Shown: in pieces, positions 1 to 8,241 of the stretch
Numbering within the stretch: position 1 is the first letter of the stretch
Layout: each line of letters starts with the position of its first letter
From: Dehalococcoidia bacterium
Lineage (GTDB): Bacteria; Chloroflexota; Dehalococcoidia; Bin125
Length of the DNA stretch: 64,000 bases
Assembly (NCBI GenBank): GCA_034421135.1
Contig: DAOUKQ010000029.1
Span: 76,357-140,356 of the forward strand
Reading direction: 5' to 3'
The notes under the pieces: model-generated
What the model was told of the DNA's origin: nothing
The model's database searches: none
What the model saw: the letters and a program-made list of their open reading frames with translations, nothing else
Translations under genes and position numbers: made by a program

Positions 1-288
1 TGTGAGATCTAGCAGGCTGCTGAACCCCTCCAAACTGCTAGATTCCGTCATTCCAGGCTTGGCCAGGAATCTCGCTCCCCTCCACCGGCGTACACGGTCG
101 GTCGAGATTCCCGGCTGGAGCCGGGAATGACGAGACAGGAAGGGTCGCCGAAATGAGGATCTGTGCAGCGCGCTGCCACGTCCTCAAGGGCGCCGACCAC
201 AACCAGATGTGGTTACCCGCCGACCACAGAAGTCATGGCGGGCAGTCATCCCGAATTCCAGGCCGTGCCGGTCCGCGATAATCTTGAG

Positions 289-364
289 TGGCACGCCCGG
301 AGGGACTCGAACCCCCGACCCCCAGGTCCGAAGCCTGGTGCTCTATCCGCTGAGCTACGGGCGC
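289..364 (-). tRNA. tRNA-Arg (anticodon TCG)
   Basis: Reverse complement reads GCGCCCGTAGCTCAGCGGATAGAGCACCAGGCTTCGGACCTGGGGGTCGGGGGTTCGAGTCCCTCCGGGCGTGCCA: cloverleaf with GTTCGAGTC T-loop and 3' CCA; anticodon loop CTTCGGA gives TCG. Confidence 0.8.
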
Positions 365-401
365 ATGGTCCCAGCTTATCGCGCCGGCAAGAGACTCTCG
401 C

Positions 402-1799
402 ATGGTTCAGCGCACGCCTAGCCAGCACGCCCGCACCACGCGTCGCTTCGACGACATAGACGAGCCGTCGGCGGCGGTCTGGGATGTAGTCGCACGCGTC
501 GATTCGGGCGAACTGGCGACGGCGGCGGCGCTGCTCCACAACCTGCATCCCGCCGATCAGGCCGACGCGCTGGCGGCGCTCGACCGCACGGAGCGCCAGC
601 GCTTGCTCGACCGGATCGATTCGCACACGCTCGCCGAGTTGTTGCCCTTCCTCACGCCCGAGGAACTGGAGCACGTCGCGCCCGATGTCGCGCTGCCGCA
701 ACTGACCGCCGCCCTGGACGAGACGCCGGCCCAGCTCGGCGCTGACGTGTTGCATGCGTTGCCGGTCGGCGACGCGGAGATCGTGCTCGATCGGTTGCCC
801 AAAGCCGGGCTCGTTGAACCGCTGCTCGAACACGACGACGAATCGGCCGGCGGGATCATGGCGCCTGAGCTGATGGTGCTCAATCCGCACCTCGCGGCCG
901 AGCAGGCGTTATCACTGCTGCGCGCCGCCTCGCCCGCTCCGACGGTCCGCGACACGGTCTACATCGTCGACACCGAGGGTGTGCTGCTCGGCTCGATCGG
1001 GCTGCACACGCTGGTCTTCGCGTCGCCGATGACGGCGTTGCGCGACCTGATGAATCCTGTCGGACCGACGGTCGCCACCGACATCGACCAGGAAGACGCG
1101 CTCAAGATTCTCCAGCGCTATGGATTGCACTCGCTGCCGGTCCTGGATGACGACGGCCGGCTGGTCGGTGTGACGACGGCAGACGACCTGCTCGATATTG
1201 CCCAGCAGGAAGCGACCGAGGACATGTACCGCCTGGTCGGTCTGGTCGACGACGAGGCGCTGACCGCGCCGGTGCTGACGGCGCTCCGACGGCGGCTCCC
1301 GTGGCTGCTGCTCAATCTCGCCACCGCATTTGCGGCGGCTGCGGTGGTGGCGGCGTTCGAGAGCACTCTGGCGAGAGTGGCGGCGCTGGCGATCTTCCTG
1401 CCGATCATCGCCGGACAGGGCGGGAACGCCGGCATGCAGGTGACGACGCTCGCCGTCCGCGCGATGGGATTGGGCGAGTTCGACCGGCATTTCACGCGCA
1501 TCGTGCTACCCCGCGAGGTGATGATTGGGATCGTGTCCGGGATTGCATTCGGACTCCTGGTCGGAATCGTCGGCTGGGTTTGGCAGGACAATCCCTGGCT
1601 GGGTGTCGCCGTGGGCGTCGCCATGCTCGGCACCATGGTCGCAGCGGGTCTGTTCGGTCTCCTGATCCCGATTGTCCTGCGGGCGCTCGGCGCCGATCCG
1701 GCGCTGGCTGCCAGCATCTTCGTCACCACGGCGACCGATATGCTGGGCTTCCTCTTCTTCCTCGGCCTGGCTGCGCTCCTGATCAACCAGATTGCGTGA
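402..1799 (+). CDS. mgtE: Magnesium transporter MgtE (N-domain, CBS pair, TM domain)
   Basis: 465 aa; MgtE_N-like region (LHPADQADALAALD), CBS region, C-terminal hallmark FLPIIAGQGGNAGMQVTTLAVRAMGLGE followed by 5 TM helices. Confidence 0.85.
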   Translation: MVQRTPSQHARTTRRFDDIDEPSAAVWDVVARVDSGELATAAALLHNLHPADQADALAALDRTERQRLLDRIDSHTLAELLPFLTPEELEHVAPDVALPQLTAALDETPAQLGADVLHALPVGDAEIVLDRLPKAGLVEPLLEHDDESAGGIMAPELMVLNPHLAAEQALSLLRAASPAPTVRDTVYIVDTEGVLLGSIGLHTLVFASPMTALRDLMNPVGPTVATDIDQEDALKILQRYGLHSLPVLDDDGRLVGVTTADDLLDIAQQEATEDMYRLVGLVDDEALTAPVLTALRRRLPWLLLNLATAFAAAAVVAAFESTLARVAALAIFLPIIAGQGGNAGMQVTTLAVRAMGLGEFDRHFTRIVLPREVMIGIVSGIAFGLLVGIVGWVWQDNPWLGVAVGVAMLGTMVAAGLFGLLIPIVLRALGADPALAASIFVTTATDMLGFLFFLGLAALLINQIA

Positions 1800-1927
1800 G
1801 CCCATGGACAGCACGACGGACATCGCTGTGGACATGGCGGGGAAGTCGCGGTTGACACCGAGGCGATCTGCTCGGTGATACCCTGATCGAACGCGAAGCC
1901 GTGACGCGGCTCGCCCAGTTCGTGCGT

Positions 1928-2005
1928 GGTGGGCGTCGCCTAGAGGCCTAAGGCGCCAGGTTGTGGCCCTGGTATTCGTGGGTTCGAATCCCACCGTCCA
2001 CCCCA
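1928..2005 (+). tRNA. tRNA-His (anticodon GTG) with extra 5' G-1
   Basis: G-GTGGGCG...CCAGGTTGTGGCCCTGG...GTGGGTTCGAATCCCAC CGTCCAC C CCA; anticodon loop TTGTGGC gives GTG; G-1 is typical of tRNA-His. Confidence 0.8.
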
Positions 2006-2057
2006 CCGAATCTTCGCACTCCTCTCTCTCCATCCCGAACGGCAATCGCGGAGAACG

Positions 2058-2576
2058 ATGGTGAACTTCTCAATGGCCCGTCTACCGCTCGCCTTCATGC
2101 TGCTGATCGCGCTGCTCGGCGGTCTGGCGGCCGCCTGCGGCGGCGACGACGATGAGGAGCGGCTGGCCGCACAGCGGATGTTCCGCAACTACCTGATTCA
2201 ATCGGATCGCACCGCGATCGCCGATGTTCGTGTGCAGGGACTCGTCGACGAGTTGCCGCCGAGCTTCCCCGAGCATGAGCAGTTGGAATTGCTCGGCTCG
2301 GCCTTCAGCGACACTGAAACGCGTCGCGAACTCATCGTTGGCTGGCAATCGGACGACGAGCACGCCGACGACATCTTCAGTTGGTTCCGATCCCGTCTCG
2401 ACACCGATCCCTGGCGAGTGACCGCCGATCCACAACGCGCTGGCGTCGATTTCATCACCTTCCGCGACGCTGACAATCCCGCGTTCCGCGGCGAACTGCG
2501 CATCGCCCAGGAGGGCGACCGAGCGATCGTCGTGCTCGTCGCCGTCGAGACGCTCGCAGTTGACGACGGGGCGTAG
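2058..2576 (+). CDS. Hypothetical secreted protein / probable lipoprotein
   Basis: 172 aa; N-terminal signal peptide MARLPLAFMLLIALLGGLAAACGG with Cys after an Ala-rich lipobox-like stretch; acidic mature part. Confidence 0.5.
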   Translation: MVNFSMARLPLAFMLLIALLGGLAAACGGDDDEERLAAQRMFRNYLIQSDRTAIADVRVQGLVDELPPSFPEHEQLELLGSAFSDTETRRELIVGWQSDDEHADDIFSWFRSRLDTDPWRVTADPQRAGVDFITFRDADNPAFRGELRIAQEGDRAIVVLVAVETLAVDDGA

Positions 2577-2863
2577 GCTCACCGATCGTGGTTTGATGCC
2601 GTTCGTCGTTCGTTTGCGACCTGTCTCGTGGACAATCGGTTCCGTCATTGCCTCACTCCGGCGCGGCAATCTCACCTTCGACAAGCGCGGGTATGACGGT
2701 GTGGTGTGTACGTGACCCGCTTCTCCGACTGTGTCCGGCGGCACTGATTCGGCTCTATACAGATCATATGTTCTTGTAGTATTGCTCGCACTCGCTTGCG
2801 TGGCGATGGCGCTGTCGCTGGGCAAGCGTCCGATGCAGTGCAGCAACGAAACAGGGGTGTCCC

Positions 2864-3124
2864 ATGACCGAACACGAAGGAGGCGAACAGATTGAGGTTC
2901 CTCACGGTCCCGCGACTCGTGAGGAGGTGATGGCGGGGATACGCAGGTTGGCCTATGAGGCCAGTTCCGAGACCGTCTGCCTGCGAGCGTGGGAGTTGAT
3001 GGGCAAGGACATCGGCATGTTCAAGGACGCGCCCGGGGAAGGCGGCGCGCCGGTTGTGCGCATGACGCCGTCGCTGGAAGCCGAACCGAGCATCGAAGGG
3101 GCGGACCATGACAACGAGCAGTAG
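2864..3124 (+). CDS. Small hypothetical protein (phage-associated, overlaps terminase start)
   Basis: 86 aa ORF overlapping the terminase start by 17 nt; preceded by an AT-richer promoter-like region; no recognisable domain. Confidence 0.35.
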   Translation: MTEHEGGEQIEVPHGPATREEVMAGIRRLAYEASSETVCLRAWELMGKDIGMFKDAPGEGGAPVVRMTPSLEAEPSIEGADHDNEQ

Positions 3125-4499
3125 CGTCTCCCTTGACCTCCGCGTCTTGCAACCAGGCGACCGCCACTTCAGACCGACCGAGCGCCAGCTCGCTGTCTAT
3201 GAAGCGCTGCGCGGGACGCCGGCGAGTGGTCTCACGCTGGTCGGATACGGCGGCGCGATGGGCGGCGGCAAGACTCGGGCCGTCGCCGAACTGGCGATCG
3301 ATACCGCCCTCTCCTTCCCTGGCACAAACATCCTCGTCGCCAGGCAGCATTACTCCAACCTGCAAACGACGACCATGCGCGAGTTCTTCGATTGCCTGCC
3401 CCAGCGATTGGTCGTGGAACGACATCGGTCGTCGCCGCAGTGGGTGGCGATCCGCGACGCCGCCTGGCCGAGGGGCGAGCGATCCACGATTCACTTCCGC
3501 CACCTGACCGAGTGGTCGGGCTTGGGTTCGGAGCAGTACGGCGCGGTGTTCATCGACGAAGCGGGCGAGGTCGCCGAAGAGGCCGCGCAAATGCTGCTCA
3601 CCCGGCTCCGCCATCCGGCTCAGCCGCAGCGATGGTTTGTCGCTGCGTCGAATCCCTGGCCGGGCTGGTTCGAGCGCTGGTTCACCCGTCGCGAGCTCGA
3701 CGAGGAATCCCTCGCCGCGGCGGGCGGCCGAATCGTCTTCATTCCCGCCAAAGTCGACGACAATCCGCATCTGCCCGCTCACTACGCCGAGCAGCAGCGC
3801 GCGCTGCAGCCGGGCGAGTGGGTCGACCGTTTCATCGACGGCCGCTTCGACGCGTTCGACGGCCAGATCTACCAGCACTTCGACGCGTCGCGGCACTGCT
3901 GGGACGCCCCGCTGCCGCCGTTCGCCCGCTACATCGGTGGTCTCGACTTCGGAGGACAATCGCCGCGCGACCACTACACGGCGGGTGTCGTCGCGGGCAT
4001 CACCGGCGGGAATGCGCCGTGCGGCGCAAACATCCTCATTCGTCTCGGCGAGTTCGAGGATCGCGGCCCCGGCGTCACCGAGCGGCTGGAGCAGTGGCAG
4101 CGATCCTGGCGACATAAGCTGGGTCCGATCCAGTGGTGCGCCGACCGCTCGCAGTCGGCCTGGATCGATCATCAACGCCGCCAGGGACTCAACGTCGTGC
4201 CCAGCAAGGGCGGCCCCGACTCCGTCAATTGGGGCATTTCGCTGGTCCAGCAACGACTCAACGGCGATCCGCCCAGCTCGTACTACGTCCCCGGCATGAC
4301 CCAGTTTCCAACTCGCATTCGCGAGTACCAGTGGGATCGCTCGGCGCACGATCAGTCGCCCAAACCGCGCAAGCGCAACGACGACTTGCTCGACGCCGAC
4401 CGCTATATGCACGAACTCAGCGTCAAGTCGCAGTCGTTCCCTCCGCGAATCATCATCAACCATCCGCCCCGAGGCCAGGATGCCCGCTGGCGGGGATGA
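3108..4499 (+). CDS. Phage terminase large subunit (PBSX/Terminase_6-like ATPase plus nuclease)
   Basis: 463 aa; Walker A GYGGAMGGGKTRA, Walker B VFIDEAGEV, C-terminal RNase-H-like nuclease region (GGLDFGG...); no other phage morphogenesis genes adjacent. Confidence 0.75.
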   Translation: MTTSSSVSLDLRVLQPGDRHFRPTERQLAVYEALRGTPASGLTLVGYGGAMGGGKTRAVAELAIDTALSFPGTNILVARQHYSNLQTTTMREFFDCLPQRLVVERHRSSPQWVAIRDAAWPRGERSTIHFRHLTEWSGLGSEQYGAVFIDEAGEVAEEAAQMLLTRLRHPAQPQRWFVAASNPWPGWFERWFTRRELDEESLAAAGGRIVFIPAKVDDNPHLPAHYAEQQRALQPGEWVDRFIDGRFDAFDGQIYQHFDASRHCWDAPLPPFARYIGGLDFGGQSPRDHYTAGVVAGITGGNAPCGANILIRLGEFEDRGPGVTERLEQWQRSWRHKLGPIQWCADRSQSAWIDHQRRQGLNVVPSKGGPDSVNWGISLVQQRLNGDPPSSYYVPGMTQFPTRIREYQWDRSAHDQSPKPRKRNDDLLDADRYMHELSVKSQSFPPRIIINHPPRGQDARWRG

Positions 4500-4538
4500 C
4501 GGTGCGTCGCGGAGTCGTTCGGCAAGTGCGAACAGACC

Positions 4539-4916
4539 CTAATCGAACACCACTTCGATCAGCGGCGACCCGTCGACCCATTCCTGGACGTTGTCCTCGT
4601 TGATGTACTCGCTGAGCTTCTTCGCTGCGAGGAACACGGCGCGCTTCTCCTCCGCGTCGGTGACGGCTCGCGCGGCGCCTTCGAGATCGGCCTCGGTCGT
4701 TTCTTTGAGGTGAAAGGTGACGGCCGGGTTGGCCAGCACATTGGCGTACCACGAGCGCGGACCGGGGCGGCCGGTGATGTAGTAGCGATCGTCCACGTTA
4801 TGGAACCAGATCTCGATCCGCTTCGGCTCGCCGCTGGCGCGTCCGGTCGTCGTGATGTCGATTACCAGGTCGTTGGCCAACGCCGCGGCGACGGCGGGGT
4901 CGGAGGACGAAGTCAT
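4539..4916 (-). CDS. Deazaflavin(F420)-dependent nitroreductase family protein (DUF385-like)
   Basis: Core MTSSSDPAVAAALANDLVIDITTTGRASGEPKRIEIWFHNVDDRYYITGRPGP...; start trimmed from the ORF-track 5177 to the internal Met at 4916 because upstream 87 codons are Arg-rich junk overlapping ogt. Confidence 0.6.
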   Translation of the reverse strand: MTSSSDPAVAAALANDLVIDITTTGRASGEPKRIEIWFHNVDDRYYITGRPGPRSWYANVLANPAVTFHLKETTEADLEGAARAVTDAEEKRAVFLAAKKLSEYINEDNVQEWVDGSPLIEVVFD

Positions 4917-5434
4917 GCGTTGTGTCCGTTCCCGGAATGTCTGTCGATGTGGGTGCGCTCGTGCTCGAGGAACCACTCCTTGCGATGCAATCCGCCGCCG
5001 TAGCCGCCCAGACCGCCGTCGGAGCGAACGATTCGGTGGCACGGAACGGCAATGCCGACGGGATTGCGTCCCGTCGCGGTTCCCACCGCACGATACGCCG
5101 CTGGTTTGCCGACCGCCCGCGCGATGTCCTGGTACGACACCGTCGTCCCGGCGGGTACCTCGCGGATGGCCTGCCACACCGCTCGCTGGAACTCGGTCCC
5201 CTGGGGATCGATCTCAATCTCATCGATCAGTTCGACATCGCCTTCGAAGTACGCCGCGACCGCGTCGCGAAGACGCTGGGCCTCGCTCGACAGGCCCGAC
5301 TCCTCCGAGTCCGCTTCGGGCTCCAGCACCGGCCGCGCCCAGGTCTCGACGAATCCCGCCTCGCGCAGCGCGCCATCGGCGATCGCCAGGTACATCGTGC
5401 CCAGCGGGGTCTCAATCCAGCAGTGCTCGGTCAT
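4913..5434 (-). CDS. ogt: Methylated-DNA--protein-cysteine methyltransferase
   Basis: 173 aa; active-site PCHRIV motif, AGT C-terminal HTH; 4-nt overlap with the downstream nitroreductase gene. Confidence 0.85.
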   Translation of the reverse strand: MTEHCWIETPLGTMYLAIADGALREAGFVETWARPVLEPEADSEESGLSSEAQRLRDAVAAYFEGDVELIDEIEIDPQGTEFQRAVWQAIREVPAGTTVSYQDIARAVGKPAAYRAVGTATGRNPVGIAVPCHRIVRSDGGLGGYGGGLHRKEWFLEHERTHIDRHSGNGHNA

Positions 5435-5546
5435 GTCGGTGCTCCTCGGTGTTCGCTGCTGCTAGGCTACGCCGCTGTCAAGTAGAACGCAAGTACTGTG
5501 CGCCCTGGTATCCACTGAGTATCATGACCCGCAGGAGGATTGCGAC

Positions 5547-6188
5547 ATGGTGACCACGGCCGCGCCGTCCAGGCAATCCGCAGACCGGTCTCCCGGTTTC
5601 AACCGGTCGGATGAAGTGGTGATCGCCTTCCCCGACGACCTCAGCCTGACCGATGAACTGATCTGCGAACTGTCGCGCCTCAACGATTCGCTCAGGCTGG
5701 AACGGGACGAGCAAGGGAGGCTGCTGGTGTCGCCTGGGCCGGACTATGACAGCGACGATCACGCTGCGGAGTTGATCGAACAGATCAGCGTGTGGAATCG
5801 TACCCAACGCGGTCGCACGTTGATCCCAAGTACCACGTTGCATCTCCCCGACCACAATCTGCGCATGCCGGACGCCGGCTGGCTCAGTCCCGAGACGGCG
5901 GAACAAGCGCGCTCGGGCGAGCGCCCCTATCCGCAGGTCGTGCCGGACTTCGTGGTTGAGGTGCGTTCCTCAAACGACCGGTTGCCGGTTCAACAGGAAA
6001 AGATGGCCATGTGGATGCGCAATGGCGTCCGCCTCGGCTGGCTCGTCGATCCGTCTTCGCGCACGGTCTGGGTCTATCGACCCGACACAGAAGCGCAGGC
6101 TCATCAGGATCCCGGAGAGCTTTCGGCCGATCCTCCCTGCGAGGGCCTGACGATCTCGTTCGAACGCGTTTGGCGGACAGCGGAGTAG
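5547..6188 (+). CDS. Uma2 family (DUF820) restriction-endonuclease-fold protein, copy 1
   Basis: 213 aa; PD-(D/E)xK-like core PDFVVEVRSSNDRL...KMAMWMRNGVRLGWLVDP...VWVYRPD typical of Uma2/DUF820. Confidence 0.75.
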   Translation: MVTTAAPSRQSADRSPGFNRSDEVVIAFPDDLSLTDELICELSRLNDSLRLERDEQGRLLVSPGPDYDSDDHAAELIEQISVWNRTQRGRTLIPSTTLHLPDHNLRMPDAGWLSPETAEQARSGERPYPQVVPDFVVEVRSSNDRLPVQQEKMAMWMRNGVRLGWLVDPSSRTVWVYRPDTEAQAHQDPGELSADPPCEGLTISFERVWRTAE

Positions 6189-6200
6189 GCTCGAACAGCC

Positions 6201-6404
6201 ATGTCCGAATGCGACACCCGCGCCGTGCGTCTGACCGATCTCCTCCGAGTCCGCTTCAAGTTCCAGCACCGGCCGCGCCCAGGTTTCCACGAGTCCCGCC
6301 TCGCGCAGCGCGTCGTCGGCGATCGCCAGGTACATCGTATCCAGCGGCGTCTCGATCCAGTCGTGCTCGTTCGTGTCGCCGCTCCGCCTCTTCGCTGGCA
6401 TTAG
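6201..6404 (+). pseudogene. Chimeric duplication-junction ORF: first 14 codons of selD (MSECDTRAVRLTDL) fused to antisense of a duplicated ogt 5' fragment
   Basis: 6201-6242 is near-identical to selD start 7138-7180; 6240-6400 duplicates ogt 5291-5450 (minus-strand ORF 5970..6401 re-encodes the ogt N-terminus MYLAIADDALREAG). Confidence 0.6.
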
Positions 6405-6485
6405 GCTCAGGCGACATGAACTAGCACGTAAGTACTGTGCTAATCGCGCCTACCTGGGTATCATGGCGCTAAGGAGGATTGCGAC

Positions 6486-7127
6486 ATGGTGACCACGGCA
6501 GCGCCGTCCAGGCAATCCGCATCCCGCTCGTTCGCCTCAGTCTTGCAGGGCGAGGTCGCGATTGCGTTTCCGGACTCGATCAGCCTGACCGATGAGCTGA
6601 TCTGCGAACTGTCGCGCCTCAACGATTCGCTCAGGCTGGAGCGGGACGAGCAAGGGAGGCTGCTGGTGTCGCCTGGGCCGGACTATGACAGCAACCGAGT
6701 GGGCGCTCGCATTTTGGCGCAAATCTTCGCCTGGGATCCGGAATGGCTTGGGGAGCCGCTTGATCCTTCGTCGACGCTGCACCTTCCCGACCACAATCTG
6801 CGCATGCCGGACGCCGGTTGGCTCAGTCCCGAGACGGCGGAACGGGCGCGCTCGGGCGAGCGCCCCTATCCGCAGGTCGTGCCGGACTTCGTGGTTGAGG
6901 TGCGGTCTTCGAACGACCGGCTGTCCGTTCAACAGGAAAAAATGGCCATGTGGATGCGCAATGGCGTCCGCCTCGGCTGGCTCGTCGATCCGCCTTCGCG
7001 CACGGTCTGGGTCTATCGACCCGACACAGAAGCGCAGGCGCATCAGGATCCCGGAGAGCTTGCGGCCGATCCTCCCTGCGAGGGCCTGACGATCTCGTTC
7101 GAGCGCGTTTGGCTGATGGCGGAGTAG
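6486..7127 (+). CDS. Uma2 family (DUF820) protein, copy 2 (tandem duplicate of 5547..6188)
   Basis: 213 aa, identical to copy 1 except two divergent patches (aa 13-24 and 68-98). Confidence 0.75.
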   Translation: MVTTAAPSRQSASRSFASVLQGEVAIAFPDSISLTDELICELSRLNDSLRLERDEQGRLLVSPGPDYDSNRVGARILAQIFAWDPEWLGEPLDPSSTLHLPDHNLRMPDAGWLSPETAERARSGERPYPQVVPDFVVEVRSSNDRLSVQQEKMAMWMRNGVRLGWLVDPPSRTVWVYRPDTEAQAHQDPGELAADPPCEGLTISFERVWLMAE

Positions 7128-7137
7128 GCTCGAAGGC

Positions 7138-8241
7138 ATGTCCGACCGCGACAATCGAGCCGTCCGACTCACCGACCTCGCCCGCTGCGGCGGTTGAGGC
7201 TCGAAGTTTGGCCCCGAGGGGCTGGCGCACGTGCTGCGCCATCTTGGACCACAGTTTCCGCCCGAGCAGCATCCCGAGTTGCTCGTCGGCCTCGACCGGC
7301 CCGACGACGCAGCGGTCTACGCGCTCGACGACGAACGCGCGCTTGTGCAGACGCTCGATTTCTTCGCGCCGTTGGTCGACGACCCATACCAGTTCGGCGC
7401 AATCGCGGCCGCCAACGCCATGTCGGATGTCTACGCAATGGGTGGACGCGTCCTCTTCGCGCTCAACATCGCCGCCTTCCCCGACGACCTCCCGCCCGAC
7501 ATAATCGCGGAAGTCCTGCGCGGAGGCGCAGACAAGGTTCGCGAAGCTGGAGCCGTGATCGCCGGCGGACACACGATCATCGACGAAGAGCCCAAGTACG
7601 GTCTCGCGGTCACTGGCGAAGTCGCACGCGAACTGATTCGCACAACCGGCGGCGCACAGCCGGGCGACACGATCATTCTGACCAAGGAAATCGGCACCGG
7701 CGTCCTGATTGGCGCGAACCAGCAGGGCGCGGTGTCAGCGGAGCACTGGGACGGTGCAGTCTCGCAAATGATGTCGCTGAACCGGGATGCGGCCGAAGTC
7801 TCATCCGCTTCCGACCTGGCGCAGGGCGTCCATGCGATCGCAGACGTGACCGGCTTCGGACTCGCTGGACACCTGCATGAGATGTCGGGGCTGAGCGATG
7901 CCGCGATCGAGATTGACCTCGGCGCGGCGCCGGCGCTGGGCGGCCTTTCGGAGGCCGTGGCGGCAGGATTCGGCAGCGGCGGACAGAGTCGCAATCGCGA
8001 GTACTATGGCGCGCGCCTGACGGTCGAGGGCGACCGCGCACTGACCGCCTTCGAGGAAGCGCTGCTCTACGACCCGCAAACTTCCGGAGGCCTGCTGATC
8101 TCTGCGGGCATCATCGAGGCGCCGCATCTGATCCACGAACTTCAGCAACGCGGCGTCCAGGCGACACCCGTCGCTCGCGTGATTGAATCCGCCGCCGGCG
8201 GGCGACTGAGCGTTATTCCCTCGGAGACGCCGCGTGTCTGA
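7138..8241 (+). CDS. selD: Selenide, water dikinase (selenophosphate synthetase), selenocysteine-containing; in-frame UGA at 7195-7197
   Basis: ORF track starts at GTG 7231, but the in-frame upstream reads ATG(7138) MSDRDNRAVRLTDLARCGG-TGA-GSKFGPEGLAHVL, matching the E. coli SelD N-terminus [30 protein letters not shown] with UGA aligned to catalytic Cys17; downstream has AIAAANAMSDVYAMGG and the AIR-synthase-like fold. Confidence 0.8.

Noticed and set aside
365-401. Possible M-box (Mg2+) riboswitch upstream of mgtE
   Set aside because: Only ~37 nt separate tRNA-Arg from the mgtE start. That is far too short for the ~160-nt M-box, and no conserved M-box motifs were seen.
163-459. Plus-strand ORFs 163..459 and 209..421, and minus ORF 246..890, overlapping tRNA-Arg
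   Set aside because: They overlap a well-formed tRNA and the mgtE start. Their translations are low-complexity.
3021-4463. 480-aa minus-strand ORF antisense to the terminase gene. Similar long antisense ORFs occur at 1118..1858, 45187..47172, 46787..48064, 54650..55621 and 23758..24150
   Set aside because: Arg/Ala/Gly-rich low-complexity translations are typical of open antisense frames in ~68% GC DNA. In every case the opposite strand carries a protein with clear family motifs.
7231-8241. GTG 7231 as the selD start
   Set aside because: The upstream in-frame sequence encodes the conserved SelD N-terminus, including the catalytic position, as UGA. A 7231 start would delete the active-site loop.
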